From positions 181,378 through 245,377 of the forward strand of contig CAVXEA010000003.1 of NCBI GenBank assembly GCA_963760685.1: a stretch of 64,000 bases of DNA, written 5' to 3'. This document shows positions 32,265 to 45,258 of this stretch, piece after piece (position 1 is the first letter of the stretch; each line of letters opens with the position of its first letter). The DNA is from an uncultured Acidobacteriota bacterium (GTDB lineage Bacteria; Acidobacteriota; Vicinamibacteria; Fen-336). A program made the translations under genes and the position numbers. The notes under the pieces were generated by a model, which saw only the letters and a program-made list of their open reading frames with translations, was not told the origin of the DNA and ran no database searches.

Positions 32265-33335
32265 TCAAACCGGGGCGCTCAGGCGGGCGCCGCCAGGGCC
32301 CCGGCCCGCCTGGTTCGATTCTTCGACTGAACGATGTGGGCCACCTGGTCCAGGATCACGGCCACGAGGATCACGGCGCCGATGATGATGAAGGTCCAGT
32401 TGTTGTCCAGGCGGAAGATCCGCGGAGCACCGCTCGCGTCGCGGTAACGCCACTGGAACATGTTGATGCCGTTGTCGATCACCCGCATGATGCAGGAGCC
32501 GATGATCGAGCCCACGACCGTTCCTTCGCCGCCGCGCAGGGACACGCCGCCCAGCACCGCCGCCGCGATCGCGTAGAGCTCGTAGGCGATGCCCACCTGC
32601 TGCGACATCTGGCCGATGTAGGCCGCGTAGCAGACCCCGGCGATGCCGCCCGAGAGGGAGGACAAGACGTAGGTCAGGGTCTCGACCCGGCGCACCGGGA
32701 CGCCGGAGTACTCGGCGGCCTCGCGGTTGCCGCCGATCGCGTAGACGTAGCGTCCGAACACGGTGAAGTGCAGCAGGTAGGCCGCGACCACCGCCACGAT
32801 CGCCAGGAGCAGGACGGGATAGGGGAGGAGCGGGCTCGACTCGGAACCGAAGAAGCCCGCCGTTGGCGAGCCGCGCGAGGGGCACGTCCCCGAGGCTCAA
32901 GGTCCCTCCTCGGACCACCGTCTGCGACACTCCGCGGAGCAGGAGCATCCCTCCGAGGGTGACGATGAACGGCTGCAGGTTGAGGCGCGTGATGAGGAGG
33001 CCCTGGGCCAGGCCCACCAGCGAGGCCACGGCCAGGGCCACGGGGATGCCGATCCAGAGCGAGTAGCCGAGGCCCCCGGCCGCCGGGTTGTCCGGGTAGT
33101 ACTGCCCGGAGACCTTGGCGATCAGCACGCCGGTCAGGCCGATGACGGAGCCGATGGAGAGGTCGATCCCGCCCGTGATGATCACGAACGAGATCCCGAT
33201 GGCGAAGATCCCGAGCATGGAGATCTGACGGGTGGTGTTGATGAGGTTGGAGGCCCCGAGGAAGTCGTGGTTCGTGGCCCAGAGCCCCAGGCAGAGCAGG
33301 ACGAGCGCCACGAACATGCCCAGCTCGCGCCTCAT
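32265..33335 (-). CDS. Monosaccharide ABC transporter permease (RbsC-like); frameshift about 32850
   Basis: [55 protein letters not shown]. Confidence 0.9.
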   Translation of the reverse strand: MRRELGMFVALVLLCLGLWATNHDFLGASNLINTTRQISMLGIFAIGISFVIITGGIDLSIGSVIGLTGVLIAKVSGQYYPDNPAAGGLGYSLWIGIPVALAVASLVGLAQGLLITRLNLQPFIVTLGGMLLLRGVSQTVVRGGTLSLGDVPLARLANGGLLRFRVEPAPPLSRPAPGDRGGGRGLPAALHRVRTLRLRDRRQPRGRRVLRRPGAPGRDPDLRLVLPLGRHRRGLLRGLHRPDVAAGGHRLRALRDRGGGAGRRVPARRRRNGRGLDHRLLHHAGDRQRHQHVPVALPRRERCSADLPPGQQLDLHHHRRRDPRGRDPGPGGPHRSVEESNQAGRGPGGARLSAPV

Positions 33336-34877
33336 GACGCCCGCTCGAGCTCCGACTGCGCCGGTCATGAGCCCGGCCACGCGCTCGGCGGTCGAGGCCG
33401 GCGCGGGGCAGGATGCCGGCGATGCGCCGCTCGCGCATCACCACGACGCGGTCGCTCATCCCGAGCACCTCTTCCATCTCGGAGCTGACCATCAGGATCG
33501 TGAGCCCTGCCTCGGCCAGGGACGCCATGTGGCGGTAGATCTCCGCCTTGGCGCCCACGTCGATGCCCGCGGGTGGGCTCGTCGAGGATCAGGACCTTCG
33601 GCTGCATGGCGAGCCACTTGCCGAGGACGACCTTCTGCTGGTTCCCGCCCGAGAGGTTCACGACCCGGGTGTGGATCGACGGGGTCTTGACCCGGAAGCG
33701 TGCGATCTCGGTCTCGGCCACGCGGCGCTCGCGGGCGCGGTCCAGGAACCCGAAGCGGGCGTAGCCGCGGATCGCGGGGAGCGAGGTGTTCTGCGCGACG
33801 CTCATGGGCAGCACGAGGCCGTGGCGCTTGCGGTCCTCGGGGGCCAGGTAGACGCCGCGCGCGATGGCCTCGCTCGGCCGCTCCGGCCGAAAGGCGCTCC
33901 CCTCGAGGCGGATGAGGCCGCCCAGGGCCGGGGTCGCGCCGAAGAGAGACTGCATCAGCTCCGTGCGTCCGGATCCCACGAGGCCCGCGAAGCCCACGAT
34001 CTCGCCGCGAAAGGCCGCGAAGGACACCGGCGCGGGAGCGCCGGGGACCAGGAGGTCTTCCACGGCGAGCACGGTCTCGGAGAGCGCGCGCTCGGGCCTG
34101 TCCGGGAAGTAGTTGGCCGACAGCTCGCGGCCCACCATCAGGGCCACGATCTTCTCGTGGGTCGCCTCGGTCCGGTCGAGGTCGCCCACGTGGCGCCCGT
34201 CGCGCAGCACCGTGATGCGGTCGGCGAGGTCCAGCACCTCTTCCATGCGATGGGAGATGTAGACGATGCCGATGCCGTCGCGGCGGAGCTTCCGGATGAT
34301 CTCGAAGAGCCGCTGCGACTCGCCCGCGGTCAGGGACGAGGTCGGCTCGTCCATGATGATGATGCGGGCCCGGAGGGCCAGGGCCTTGGCGATCTCCACC
34401 ATCTGCATCTCGGCCACGGTGAGCCTCGACACGGGCGTGTCGGGAGGGTGGGCGAGGCCCACGCGGCCGCAGCAACTCGGCGGCCGCGGCTCGCATCGCG
34501 CGCCGCCGCAGGGGACGCAGGAGCCCCACCGGGCCCTCCTCGCTGCCGAGGAAGATGTTGCCGGCCACGTCGAGGTTCGGAGCCAGCATCAGCTCCTGGT
34601 GGATGAGGGCGATGCCGGCGCGCTTGGCGTCCCGCACCGACTCGAAGCGGAGGGCCTGGCCCTCGACGAGGATCTGGCCCTCGTCCGGCGCGTGCGCGCC
34701 CCCCAGGATCTTGATGAGCGTCGACTTGCCGGCCCCGTTCTCGCCGGTGAGGGCCAGCACCTCGCCTCGCCGGAGGTGCAGCGAGGCGCCCTGGAGCGCC
34801 ACCACTCCGGGGAAGCGCTTGGTGATCCCGCGCATCTCGAGGAGGGGCGGCGGCGCGGCCGAGGCCTGGCTCGCCAT
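33332..34877 (-). CDS. Monosaccharide ABC transporter ATP-binding protein (RbsA-like); frameshifts about 34470, 33570 and 33390
   Basis: [33 protein letters not shown]. Confidence 0.9.
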
Positions 34878-34885
34878 GGTCGGGA

Positions 34886-35893
34886 TCAGCGTCCGGAGGC
34901 TACTTCTTCCATTCGGCCAGTCGCTTCTCGAAGTCGTCCAGGGTGTTCTTGTCGACCACCTCGACCCCGGTGTTCTCGATGCCGTTCGCCGGGATCTCGG
35001 CGCGCGCCTTGTCGAAGTCGGTGGCCAGGCGGTGCATCCACTTGGCGGAGCGATAGCCCATCTCGAAGGGGTGCTGCACCACGGTGGCCGCGAGCGTTCC
35101 CGCCCGGATCCCCTTCAGGGTGCCGTCCTCCTCGTCGAAGACCGCGGCCAGCACCTTGCTGCGCTTGCCCGTGCCCTCGAGCGCCGCCGCGATCGCGGGC
35201 CCGTTGTAGGACCAAAGGCCGCACACGAGGTTCACGTCGGGCCGGGCGTTCAGGATGTCCTCGACGTTGGAGCGCGCCTTCGCCCGGTCGGTCTGGTCCT
35301 CGCGCTTCTCCACGATCTCGATGCCGTGACCCGCGATGGCGTCCTCGATGCCCTCGAGCCGCTCCGCCGCGTTGTCGGCCGAGAAGAAGCCCACGAACAC
35401 GGCCATCTTCCCGCCGCTCGGCAGGAGCTGCACGATCCGCTCGCCGAGCGTCTTGCCCGCCTCGTAGTTGATGGTGCCGACGTAGAGCAGCCGCTTCGAC
35501 TGCGCCGCATCGGAGTCGAAGGTGATCAGCCGGGCCTTCTGGGCCACGTTGTTCAGGGTCGTCACCTGGTCCTTGGGGGCGATGGACGCTGACCGCGATG
35601 GCGTCGTAGCCCTGGCTCACCAGGTTCTCGAGGATCTGGTTCTGCTCCTCGGTCTTGCCGTTGGGCGGCATCTTGATGTCGACCTGGACGCCCGCCTCGC
35701 GCTCGTACTTGTGGATGCCGTTGCCGGCGATCTTCCAGAACTCGGCCGTGTTGTTCGTGACGAAGGCGAGCTTGACGACCTTGGCCGACTCGCCGCTGCC
35801 GCCACCCTGACATCCCAAGGCCACGGCGAGCGTCGCCAACACGCAGGCCAGTTGCCCCCGACGGACGCCACTCAGACCGTGCATTGCTTTCAC
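34886..35893 (-). CDS. Sugar ABC transporter substrate-binding lipoprotein (RbsB-like); frameshift about 35580
   Basis: Lipobox-like LALGC; [30 protein letters not shown]. Confidence 0.88.
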   Translation of the reverse strand: MKAMHGLSGVRRGQLACVLATLAVALGCQGGGSGESAKVVKLAFVTNNTAEFWKIAGNGIHKYEREAGVQVDIKMPPNGKTEEQNQILENLVSQGYDAIAVSVHRPQGPGDDPEQRGPEGPADHLRLRCGAVEAAALRRHHQLRGGQDARRADRAAPAERREDGRVRGLLLGRQRGGAARGHRGRHRGSRHRDRGEARGPDRPGEGALQRRGHPERPARREPRVRPLVLQRARDRGGARGHGQAQQGAGRGLRRGGRHPEGDPGGNARGHRGAAPLRDGLSLRQVDAPPGHRLRQGARRDPGERHREHRGRGGRQEHPGRLREATGRMEEVASGR

Positions 35894-36071
35894 GAGAAAC
35901 CCCTTGCCTTTCCCGGACAGGCCGTGATTCTAGCCGGACGCCGAGGACACGTCCACGGCTCCAGAGGGATCTCTGAACCTGCGGAGTCCGCGCCAGGTGC
36001 CGACCTCCTCCGTCCTGGACAGACGCGGGGTTCCTGCCCAGAATGCTCCATGAGCTTCCTCCTCCTCGTCC

Positions 36072-37433
36072 TTGCTGGCGGCGCCGGTCCTGCCCGCAAC
36101 GACCACCTCGCCCGAGCCCGACCAAAAGCTCGTGCGCGCGATCTACGAAGAGCTCGTGAACACGAACACGAGCTACGAAACCGGCAAGACCACGCCCGCG
36201 GCCGAAGCCATGGCCAAGCGCCTGCTGGACGCGGGCTTCGCACGCGAGGACGTCTTCGTGGGCGGAGCCGCCCCGCACAAGGCGAACCTCGTCGCCCGCT
36301 ACCGCGGCACCGGCGCGGCCCGGCCGCTTCTGCTCCTGGCCCATCTCGACGTGGTCGAGGCCAAGCGGGAAGACTGGAGCGTCGACCCTTTCACCCTCCT
36401 CGAGAAGGACGGTTACTTCTACGGCCGCGGTACCGGGGACGACAAGGCCCAGGCCGCCATCTGGGTGGCAAGCCTCATCCGCTTCAGGCGAGAGGGACTG
36501 CGGCCGTCGCGCGACCTGATCCTGGCGCTGACCGCGGACGAGGAAGGCGGCGGGCCCTACAACGGCGTCGATTGGCTGCTGCAGAATCGAAAGGAGCTGA
36601 TCGATGCCGAGTTCTGCCTCAACGAGGGCGGCTGGGGCGAGATGCGGGGTGGAAAGCGGTTCTTGAATCTCGTCCAGGTGGGCGAGAAGCACTCCGCGAG
36701 CTACCGGCTCGAGGTCAGGAATCCCGGCGGCCACAGCTCGATGCCGGTGCCGGAGAACGCCATCTACCGTCTGGCGGCGGCCCTGCAACGAGTGGCGACG
36801 CTCGAGTTCGACTTCCGGCTCAACGACGTCACCCGGAAGTACCTCGAAACCCTCGCCGGCCTCGAAGCCGAACCTCTCGCCTCGGAGCTGCGGCGCGCGG
36901 CGGGCGGAGACACCGAAGCCATGAAGGCCGTCGCGAAGGCCTCGCCTCAATGGAACGCGGTGATGCGCACGACCTGCGTCGCCACCGGTCTCGACGGCGG
37001 CCACGCCGAGAACGCGCTGCCCCAGACCGCGGGGGCCCGGATCAACTGCCGCATCCTGCCGGAGCAGACTCCGGAGGAGGTGCAGGCGGTCCTGCGCAAG
37101 GTGGTCGACGACGACAAGGTCGCGATCACGATCCTGCGGGCCCACGGCTCGAGCCCGATGTCGCCCCTGCGCGAGGACGTGGTCGCGGCCGCCGGCCGTC
37201 TGACCTCGACCTTCTGGCCGGGCGTCGTGACTCTTCCCTACATGGTGATGGGCGGCACGGACGGGCGCTTTCTGCGCAAGGTCGGCATTCCGACCTACGG
37301 GGTGCAGGGGATCTTCTACGATGCCGGCGACATCCGCTTCCACGGTCGCGACGAGCGCGTGGGGGTGCGCGAGTTCTACGAGGGCCAGGAGTTCCTCTAC
37401 CGGCTGGTCAAGGAGCTGGTGACCACCCGCTGA
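36072..37433 (+). CDS. M20/M25/M40 family metallopeptidase
   Basis: LAHLDVV, GRGTGDDK, ADEEGG, NEGG, GGHSS, HGRDER. The true start may be ATG 36050 with a frameshift in the signal peptide. Confidence 0.9.
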   Translation: MLAAPVLPATTTSPEPDQKLVRAIYEELVNTNTSYETGKTTPAAEAMAKRLLDAGFAREDVFVGGAAPHKANLVARYRGTGAARPLLLLAHLDVVEAKREDWSVDPFTLLEKDGYFYGRGTGDDKAQAAIWVASLIRFRREGLRPSRDLILALTADEEGGGPYNGVDWLLQNRKELIDAEFCLNEGGWGEMRGGKRFLNLVQVGEKHSASYRLEVRNPGGHSSMPVPENAIYRLAAALQRVATLEFDFRLNDVTRKYLETLAGLEAEPLASELRRAAGGDTEAMKAVAKASPQWNAVMRTTCVATGLDGGHAENALPQTAGARINCRILPEQTPEEVQAVLRKVVDDDKVAITILRAHGSSPMSPLREDVVAAAGRLTSTFWPGVVTLPYMVMGGTDGRFLRKVGIPTYGVQGIFYDAGDIRFHGRDERVGVREFYEGQEFLYRLVKELVTTR

Positions 37434-37572
37434 CCGCGCTTTTCCCTGGCCGGGACCGAGCCGTTCCGGCTACAATCGTCACCTTCCATCGGTCGCCAGG
37501 GTGCAGTGGCCCCTCTGCTGGCGCGCAGCTTACACACGCTGCGTCAACGTACTCGTAGGGAGGAGCGATCCA

Positions 37573-38001
37573 ATGACAAATGTGGTGATCACCGCCCTCA
37601 TAACGGGCAAGAAGAGCGTGACCTTGATCAGCAGTCAGCCTGAGCTCACCGACCAGAATACCTTCTCGGTCGAGAACGGGGACTCGTTGGAGTGGCGGGT
37701 TCAGGACCCCACCCATGCGGGAGTCGGGTCGAAGGCGCGCATCAAGTTCGTGGACTTCCCGAGGAAAGAGGAGGAACGACGTCTCCTCATCGGTGGCAAC
37801 ACCTTCGAGGCGGACACCCATGGTGTGATTCGCGGGGGCCTGGTCGACCCGCAGGCGTTCAACGGCCAGTATCGCTATCTGGTGGAACTGGTGAGCCCCG
37901 ATGGTACTTCCGCCAGGCTGGATTGCTCATGGGCATCCAGTGTCGGTGGTGCGTCAACGCCGACGGGCATGGGCGGGGGCAAGAGGGGCGGCGGACCCTG
38001 A
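37573..38001 (+). CDS. Small hypothetical protein (142 aa), beta-rich
   Basis: AGGAG 7 nt before ATG 37573; TACAAT at 37471; coding-like sequence; no family recognised. Confidence 0.65.
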   Translation: MTNVVITALITGKKSVTLISSQPELTDQNTFSVENGDSLEWRVQDPTHAGVGSKARIKFVDFPRKEEERRLLIGGNTFEADTHGVIRGGLVDPQAFNGQYRYLVELVSPDGTSARLDCSWASSVGGASTPTGMGGGKRGGGP

Positions 38002-38018
38002 CGGAGCCGGACCCCGCG

Positions 38019-40604
38019 CTACCTGCCACTCCCGACTTGCGCCGGAGCGAGCAGCTCTTGAAACGCGGGCAAGTGGCGTAGCGACTCGAATCCGGGGATG
38101 CCGAACCACTTTGGAGAGAGACCACGCCGGCGCGCTTCCTTCGCGTCGACGATCGCGTGGTTCTGCTCCCCACAGAGCGCGTAGATGAGCGCCGCCTGGA
38201 AGACCACCTGCGGATCGCGGTCACCCTCGGCGAGGGCTTGGATCGTCAGCGCGACCGCCGAAGCCGCATCGCCCAGACGGGCCAACGCCTGCGCCTTGAT
38301 CAATCGTTCGGACACGGTGAGGGCGCCGCTCGCTTCGCGCCGGGCGACGCTATCGACCAGCTCGCGATAGAGCCGGTGAGCGCCCTCCTCGTCTCCGGCA
38401 CCTTCGAGTGCTATGCCCAGGTTCAAGCGGTTGAGAAGGTCGTCCGGCACCAATTCGAGGGCCCGCCGATAGGCCCCCGCGGAGGCGGAGTAGTCTCCCG
38501 CAAGCAGCAGGCTCCATCCAAGATTGCTGAGATCCGGTTCGGTGACCTTCTCCTTCAGCAGGCCCTCGTAGATCCGGGCCGCATCCCGAGGATCGCCCAT
38601 CAGCCACTCCAGCTCCGCCCTCATGGCCAGCCCCTTGGGATTGCCGGGTGAGAGCTGAAGCAACTGCTCGAGATGCTGGCGCGCCCTCTTCGCGTCCCCG
38701 AGGTCCATCTCGACTCTGGCGACGTTCCAGAGGTTCTTCCACGACGGCCGCTCGAGCACCAGCCTCCGGTGAACCTCCGCCGCCTCCTGGAGCTTGCCCT
38801 GACGGGCCAGAAGCCTTCCGCGCGCACGCCACGCGCGAATGTCCCCGGGCGCGCTCCTCTCCAGCTCGGCCAGTGCCGACTCCGCATCGGCCATTTGCCC
38901 GGTCTCCAATTCCAGCAGGAAGCGCTCATTGGCAAGTCGCAGGTCGGCGACCTGGTGGGCGACGGCCGACTGGAGGATCGCCTCGGCCCGCGGACGGTCG
39001 CCCAGGAGGCGTGCCGCCCGGGCCGACAGCAGGTAGGCTTCGGTCAGGCCAGGCGAGGAGCGCGTGAGCTGCTCCAGCGCGTCGATGTCCGGGCGCACCA
39101 GCGCCTCGCCGATCTCCGCGCGCTTCAGCAACTGGAGGTAGCGCGCGTAGTCGGTGCTCTTCACCTCGATACGCTCACTCGACGATCGCGGGCGGTGGTC
39201 GGGAAACGCCTCGCGGATGTGGAGGGCGACGGCGCTAGCCAGGGCGAGGGAGTCTTCGGGCTCGCTCGAGACATCGAAGGAACCCGTGCTAGTGATCAGG
39301 CGGCCGTCGCGGGCGCGTTCGCGGCGCAGCGAGACCCGGCACCAGTGGCCCTGGCAGGCGACGGTGGGGACGACGATCTCGTCGGCGGCCACGGCGCGGG
39401 CGGCATCCTGGACCGAGAGCGGGCCCTCGGGGAGCTCGCTGGGCTCGATCGGCTCGATGCCCCCGAGACCCGCGAGCGCACGGAGCGCGGCCTCACGGAG
39501 CGCGAACGCGGCGAGAGTAGACCGCTCGTCTCCCGGTGCTGGAGCAATCCTGGGCTCCTGGACCAGCACGGCATCGGGCCGAGCCGGCGGCCGGCTCCAC
39601 CAGAGGGCGACGCCGGCGATCGCAACGAGGGCCAACACGAGGGTCGCGGTCAGCAGCGGCCAGCGACCAGCGGATCGACGGCTCTCGATCCTTCGGAGCC
39701 GCTCCGCGACGCTCTCGGCGCTCGCGGGCCGTCGCGCCGGATCCTTCTCCAGGAGGTCCTTGACGAGCGTCGCGAGAGGCGCGGGCACGCTCGGATTGAG
39801 GTCCGACGCCGAGGGCGGCACCTCGGCGATCACCCTCTCCAGGGTCTGTCCACGGTCGTCTCCACGAAAGGGTGACCGCGCCGTGCAGATCTCGTAGATG
39901 AGGACCCCCAGCGAGAAGAGGTCGGACCGCACGTCGAGCGTGCCACCCTTCGCCTGCTCGGGCGACATCGCGCGGCGCGTGCCCACGACGGCCCCTTCGG
40001 CCGTCAGCGAATCGTCGTCGGCCCCCGGTTCGAGGCGCTTGGCCAGACCGAAGTCGAGGATCTTCGCCTGGCCCGACGGGGTGACCATGACGTTCTGGGT
40101 CTTGAGGTCACGGTGGATCAGGCCCAGGCCGTGGGCCGCGGCGAGCCCCTCCGCGACCTGGCGCGCGATCCCGATCGCCTGGGGCACGGGCAGAGGACCC
40201 CTCGTCAACATCTGCGCCAGGGTGCGTCCCTCCACGTATTCCATCACGATCGCGTCGCCGGACTCGTCCTCGAGGATGTCGTGAACCTGGACCACCGCGG
40301 GGTGGTTGAGGGTGGCCGCGGCGGCTGCTTCGCGGCGGAGCCGCTCCCGGGCCAGGGGATTCATCTGGCGGCCGGCGTGGATGCGCTTGATGGCGACTTG
40401 CCTCTGGAGGCGAGTGTCGAAGGCCAGTACCACGGTGCCCATGCCGCCGGAGCCCAGGGCGCCAAGGACACGGTAGACGCCGATGTGCGCGGCGTCCGTC
40501 TGATCCGCGCCGTTTTCCTTGGCGGGTGTCGACTTCTCGCCCGCCGCGGTACTGAGGACACCCGGGACGGCAGGACGGAAGAGCGGGTCCTCCGGATTGG
40601 TCAA
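38019..40604 (-). CDS. Ser/Thr kinase - TM - TPR protein
   Basis: GSGGMGTV, HRDLKTQN, DFG, MSPEQ; TM WPLLTATLVLALVAIAGVALWW; C-terminal TPRs; TTG start with GAGG upstream. Confidence 0.88.
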   Translation of the reverse strand: MTNPEDPLFRPAVPGVLSTAAGEKSTPAKENGADQTDAAHIGVYRVLGALGSGGMGTVVLAFDTRLQRQVAIKRIHAGRQMNPLARERLRREAAAAATLNHPAVVQVHDILEDESGDAIVMEYVEGRTLAQMLTRGPLPVPQAIGIARQVAEGLAAAHGLGLIHRDLKTQNVMVTPSGQAKILDFGLAKRLEPGADDDSLTAEGAVVGTRRAMSPEQAKGGTLDVRSDLFSLGVLIYEICTARSPFRGDDRGQTLERVIAEVPPSASDLNPSVPAPLATLVKDLLEKDPARRPASAESVAERLRRIESRRSAGRWPLLTATLVLALVAIAGVALWWSRPPARPDAVLVQEPRIAPAPGDERSTLAAFALREAALRALAGLGGIEPIEPSELPEGPLSVQDAARAVAADEIVVPTVACQGHWCRVSLRRERARDGRLITSTGSFDVSSEPEDSLALASAVALHIREAFPDHRPRSSSERIEVKSTDYARYLQLLKRAEIGEALVRPDIDALEQLTRSSPGLTEAYLLSARAARLLGDRPRAEAILQSAVAHQVADLRLANERFLLELETGQMADAESALAELERSAPGDIRAWRARGRLLARQGKLQEAAEVHRRLVLERPSWKNLWNVARVEMDLGDAKRARQHLEQLLQLSPGNPKGLAMRAELEWLMGDPRDAARIYEGLLKEKVTEPDLSNLGWSLLLAGDYSASAGAYRRALELVPDDLLNRLNLGIALEGAGDEEGAHRLYRELVDSVARREASGALTVSERLIKAQALARLGDAASAVALTIQALAEGDRDPQVVFQAALIYALCGEQNHAIVDAKEARRRGLSPKWFGIPGFESLRHLPAFQELLAPAQVGSGR

Positions 40605-40681
40605 GGGACCCTCGTGAGAGCTCGTCGACAGAAGGCGTCGCCGAATGCAGCGGTATGGGGATTCTAGCGCAGACGCGACGT

Positions 40682-41347
40682 TCAGCGAGCGCGGAGGTGG
40701 TCGCGGTAGAGCCGCGCGACGACCGCCATGCCCGCATCGGTGAAGTGCGGGCCGCCCTTCGTGAAGACGTCGCAGGTGGGGGCGGCGACCTTGGGCCCGG
40801 CGAAGACCAGGCCCGGCCAGCGCGCCACCACGGCGGCCACCGCTTCGTCCACGTAGGGCTCGACCACGGTCATGCCGCTCCCGCAGGTGCGATTGCCCGG
40901 GCCCCGGAGCATGGTGAGCAGGTCGATGCGGCGTACCCCGGGATACTTCTCGCGGACGGTTTCGACCACGGCCGAGAGCTTTTCCCGCCAAGCCTCTTTG
41001 GTCTTGTACTCCCAGTTCACGCCCGTGAAGATGATGCGGTCCGGGTTGTCGGAGCGCTGCGCGCAGGGCGACTGCGGCTTCATCGTCCAGAGGTCGCTCG
41101 CGGGGTCGGCCCAGAGCTCGACGAAGGCGTGGGAGCGCCAGAGGGCCTGCCAGCGGCTGCCGTCGATCGCCTCCTCGAAGCCGGCCCCGAACCAATCACC
41201 GGTGACCGACACGCCCATGACCTGCGTGCACACGAAGGAGTCGGCCGACGCTGGCGGGGTGGCCACCTGCTCCGCACCCGCGACTGCCAGCGGCCGAAGC
41301 AGCGACAGGGCCAGGAAGGCAAGGCGACGCGGCGCTCGGGTCGTCAT
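40682..41347 (-). CDS. Hypothetical exported protein (possibly a divergent SGNH-like fold)
   Basis: Signal peptide; early MGVS and late GGPHFTDAG motifs; several Cys. Confidence 0.65.
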   Translation of the reverse strand: MTTRAPRRLAFLALSLLRPLAVAGAEQVATPPASADSFVCTQVMGVSVTGDWFGAGFEEAIDGSRWQALWRSHAFVELWADPASDLWTMKPQSPCAQRSDNPDRIIFTGVNWEYKTKEAWREKLSAVVETVREKYPGVRRIDLLTMLRGPGNRTCGSGMTVVEPYVDEAVAAVVARWPGLVFAGPKVAAPTCDVFTKGGPHFTDAGMAVVARLYRDHLRAR

Positions 41348-41617
41348 CGCGAGCGAGTATAGATCCGCAGCGCCGAAGCCGGCGCACTCGGGCCCTTTGA
41401 TTACCGAACACGTACGCGAGCGTCGATTCGCGTAACTGTCGATGGCCCCGGAACCGGCTCCTGGCTCCTGGCAACCCGCGCACCCTGAAGGGGTTGAGTT
41501 GCGGAGAGGGCGCTGACCCTCGCGGGTATCCGACTTGCAAGGCATACCCCATCCCGACATTCGTCGTCGTGCCGGACTCGACCGGCTGACTTTCAGATTG
41601 AAAAGGAGCTCTGGACC

Positions 41618-42157
41618 ATGCGAACTCGACTCTTCGGCCTCTCCCTCGCCATGCTGGCGAGCCTGACCCTGCAGCCGTCCCCCGCCAAGGTCTCCGCCGA
41701 CGAAGACCATGGACGCGTTCGGGGCTTCTCCGCCGCGCTCGTGAGCTTCAACGAGGTGCCGTCGATTTCCAGCGGCGACGCCAAAGGCTTCTTCCGGGCG
41801 CGCCTCAACCGTGACGGCGACGCCCTTCACTACACGCTCAGCTATTCCGGCCTCTCCGCGCCGGCGATCATGGCGCACATCCACCTCGGGAAGAGCCGCA
41901 CGAACGGCGCAATCATGGTCTGGCTCTGCCAGACCGCGACCAACCTCGACCCGACCACCCTGGCTCCGACCTGCCCGGTGACCGAGGGCACGGTCGAGGG
42001 GACGATCACCGCGGCAAACATCGTCAAGGCGGGCCCGCAAGGGGTCGACGTCGGTGAGTTCGACGAGTTCCTGAGAGCGCTCCACGAGGACGCCGGCTAC
42101 GCGAACGTCCACACCACGGCTTTTCCGAGCGGCGAGATCCGGGGCCAGGTCAAGTGA
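41618..42157 (+). CDS. Exported CHRD domain protein
   Basis: EVP, AHIHLG...NG, YANVHT..FPSGEIRGQ; signal peptide; AGGAG RBS. Confidence 0.92.
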   Translation: MRTRLFGLSLAMLASLTLQPSPAKVSADEDHGRVRGFSAALVSFNEVPSISSGDAKGFFRARLNRDGDALHYTLSYSGLSAPAIMAHIHLGKSRTNGAIMVWLCQTATNLDPTTLAPTCPVTEGTVEGTITAANIVKAGPQGVDVGEFDEFLRALHEDAGYANVHTTAFPSGEIRGQVK

Positions 42158-42162
42158 CGAAG

Positions 42163-42189
42163 GACGGCGCTCCCTCGCGGGGCGCCGTC
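42163..42189. terminator. Hairpin between convergent CHRD and rfbA genes
   Basis: gacggcgc-t-ccc-tcgc-ggg-gcgccgtc. Confidence 0.5.
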
Positions 42190-43061
42190 TAGCCCGCCTC
42201 TTCGAGGAGGCGGATCAGGTAGGCCCCGTACTCGTTCTTCTCCATCGGCTTGGCGATGCGCCGCACGTCGTCGGCGGAGATGTAGCCCATCTTGTAGGCC
42301 ACCTCTTCGAGGCAGGCGACCTTCTGGTCCTGCCGCTCTTCGATGGCCTGGATGAAGGTTGCGGCTTGCAGGAGCGACTCGTGGGTTCCGGTGTCGAGCC
42401 AGGCCATGCCGCGCCCGAAGATCTCCACGTGCAGGTCGCCCCACTCGAGGTAGGCCCGGTTCACGTCGGTGATCTCGAGCTCTCCCCGGGCCGATGGCCG
42501 GAGCTTCGCGGCCACGTCGAGGACGCGGTTGTCGTAGAAGTAGAGGCCGGTGACCGCGAAGGGTGAGCGGGGCTTTGCCGGCTTCTCCTCGAGGCCGATC
42601 GCCTTTCCCGCGGCGTCGAACCAGACGACACCGTAGCGCTGCGGGTCGCGGACGCGGTAGGCGAAGACGGTGGCTCCGGCCTTTCGGCGGGCCGCGGCCT
42701 GAACGGTGGTGGCGAGGTTCGCGCCGTAGAAGATGTTGTCGCCCAGGGCCAGGGCGACGCTGTCCCCGCCCACGAACTCGCGGCCGATGACGAAGGCCTG
42801 GGCCAGCCCCTCGGGCCGGGGTTGGGCCGCGTACGAGAGGCGCAGACCAAACTGGCTTCCGTCGCCGAGCAGCCGGCGGAAGCCGTCCTGCTCGTGGGGT
42901 GTCGTGATCACCAGGATCTCGCGGATGCCCGCCAGCATCAGGGTGCTGAGCGGGTAGTAGACCATCGGCTTGTCGTAGACCGGCACGAGCTGCTTGCTCA
43001 CGGCCAGGGTCACGGGGTAGAGGCGGGTGCCGGACCCCCCGGCGAGGATGATGCCTTTCAT
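42189..43061 (-). CDS. rfbA: Glucose-1-phosphate thymidylyltransferase
   Basis: [56 protein letters not shown]. Confidence 0.97.
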   Translation of the reverse strand: MKGIILAGGSGTRLYPVTLAVSKQLVPVYDKPMVYYPLSTLMLAGIREILVITTPHEQDGFRRLLGDGSQFGLRLSYAAQPRPEGLAQAFVIGREFVGGDSVALALGDNIFYGANLATTVQAAARRKAGATVFAYRVRDPQRYGVVWFDAAGKAIGLEEKPAKPRSPFAVTGLYFYDNRVLDVAAKLRPSARGELEITDVNRAYLEWGDLHVEIFGRGMAWLDTGTHESLLQAATFIQAIEERQDQKVACLEEVAYKMGYISADDVRRIAKPMEKNEYGAYLIRLLEEAG

Positions 43062-43117
43062 GGCCGCGGGCAGGATACCATCACCGCCGACGGCCGCCCC
43101 CCGGGTGGCCGCGGCTC

Positions 43118-45240
<2,123 letters not shown>

Positions 45241-45258
45241 GCGGCGGCGCCGACCGCG

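Noticed and set aside
33332-33400. Apparent in-frame fusion of ABC ATPase C-terminus to the permease ([19 protein letters not shown])
   Set aside because: Removing one G in gcgggcgtcatga restores a normal ATGA stop/start overlap; consistent with the general indel noise
9707-35893. Nucleoside hydrolase plus ribose-type ABC transporter as a salvage module
   Set aside because: More than 20 kb apart and the transporter substrate cannot be told from sequence
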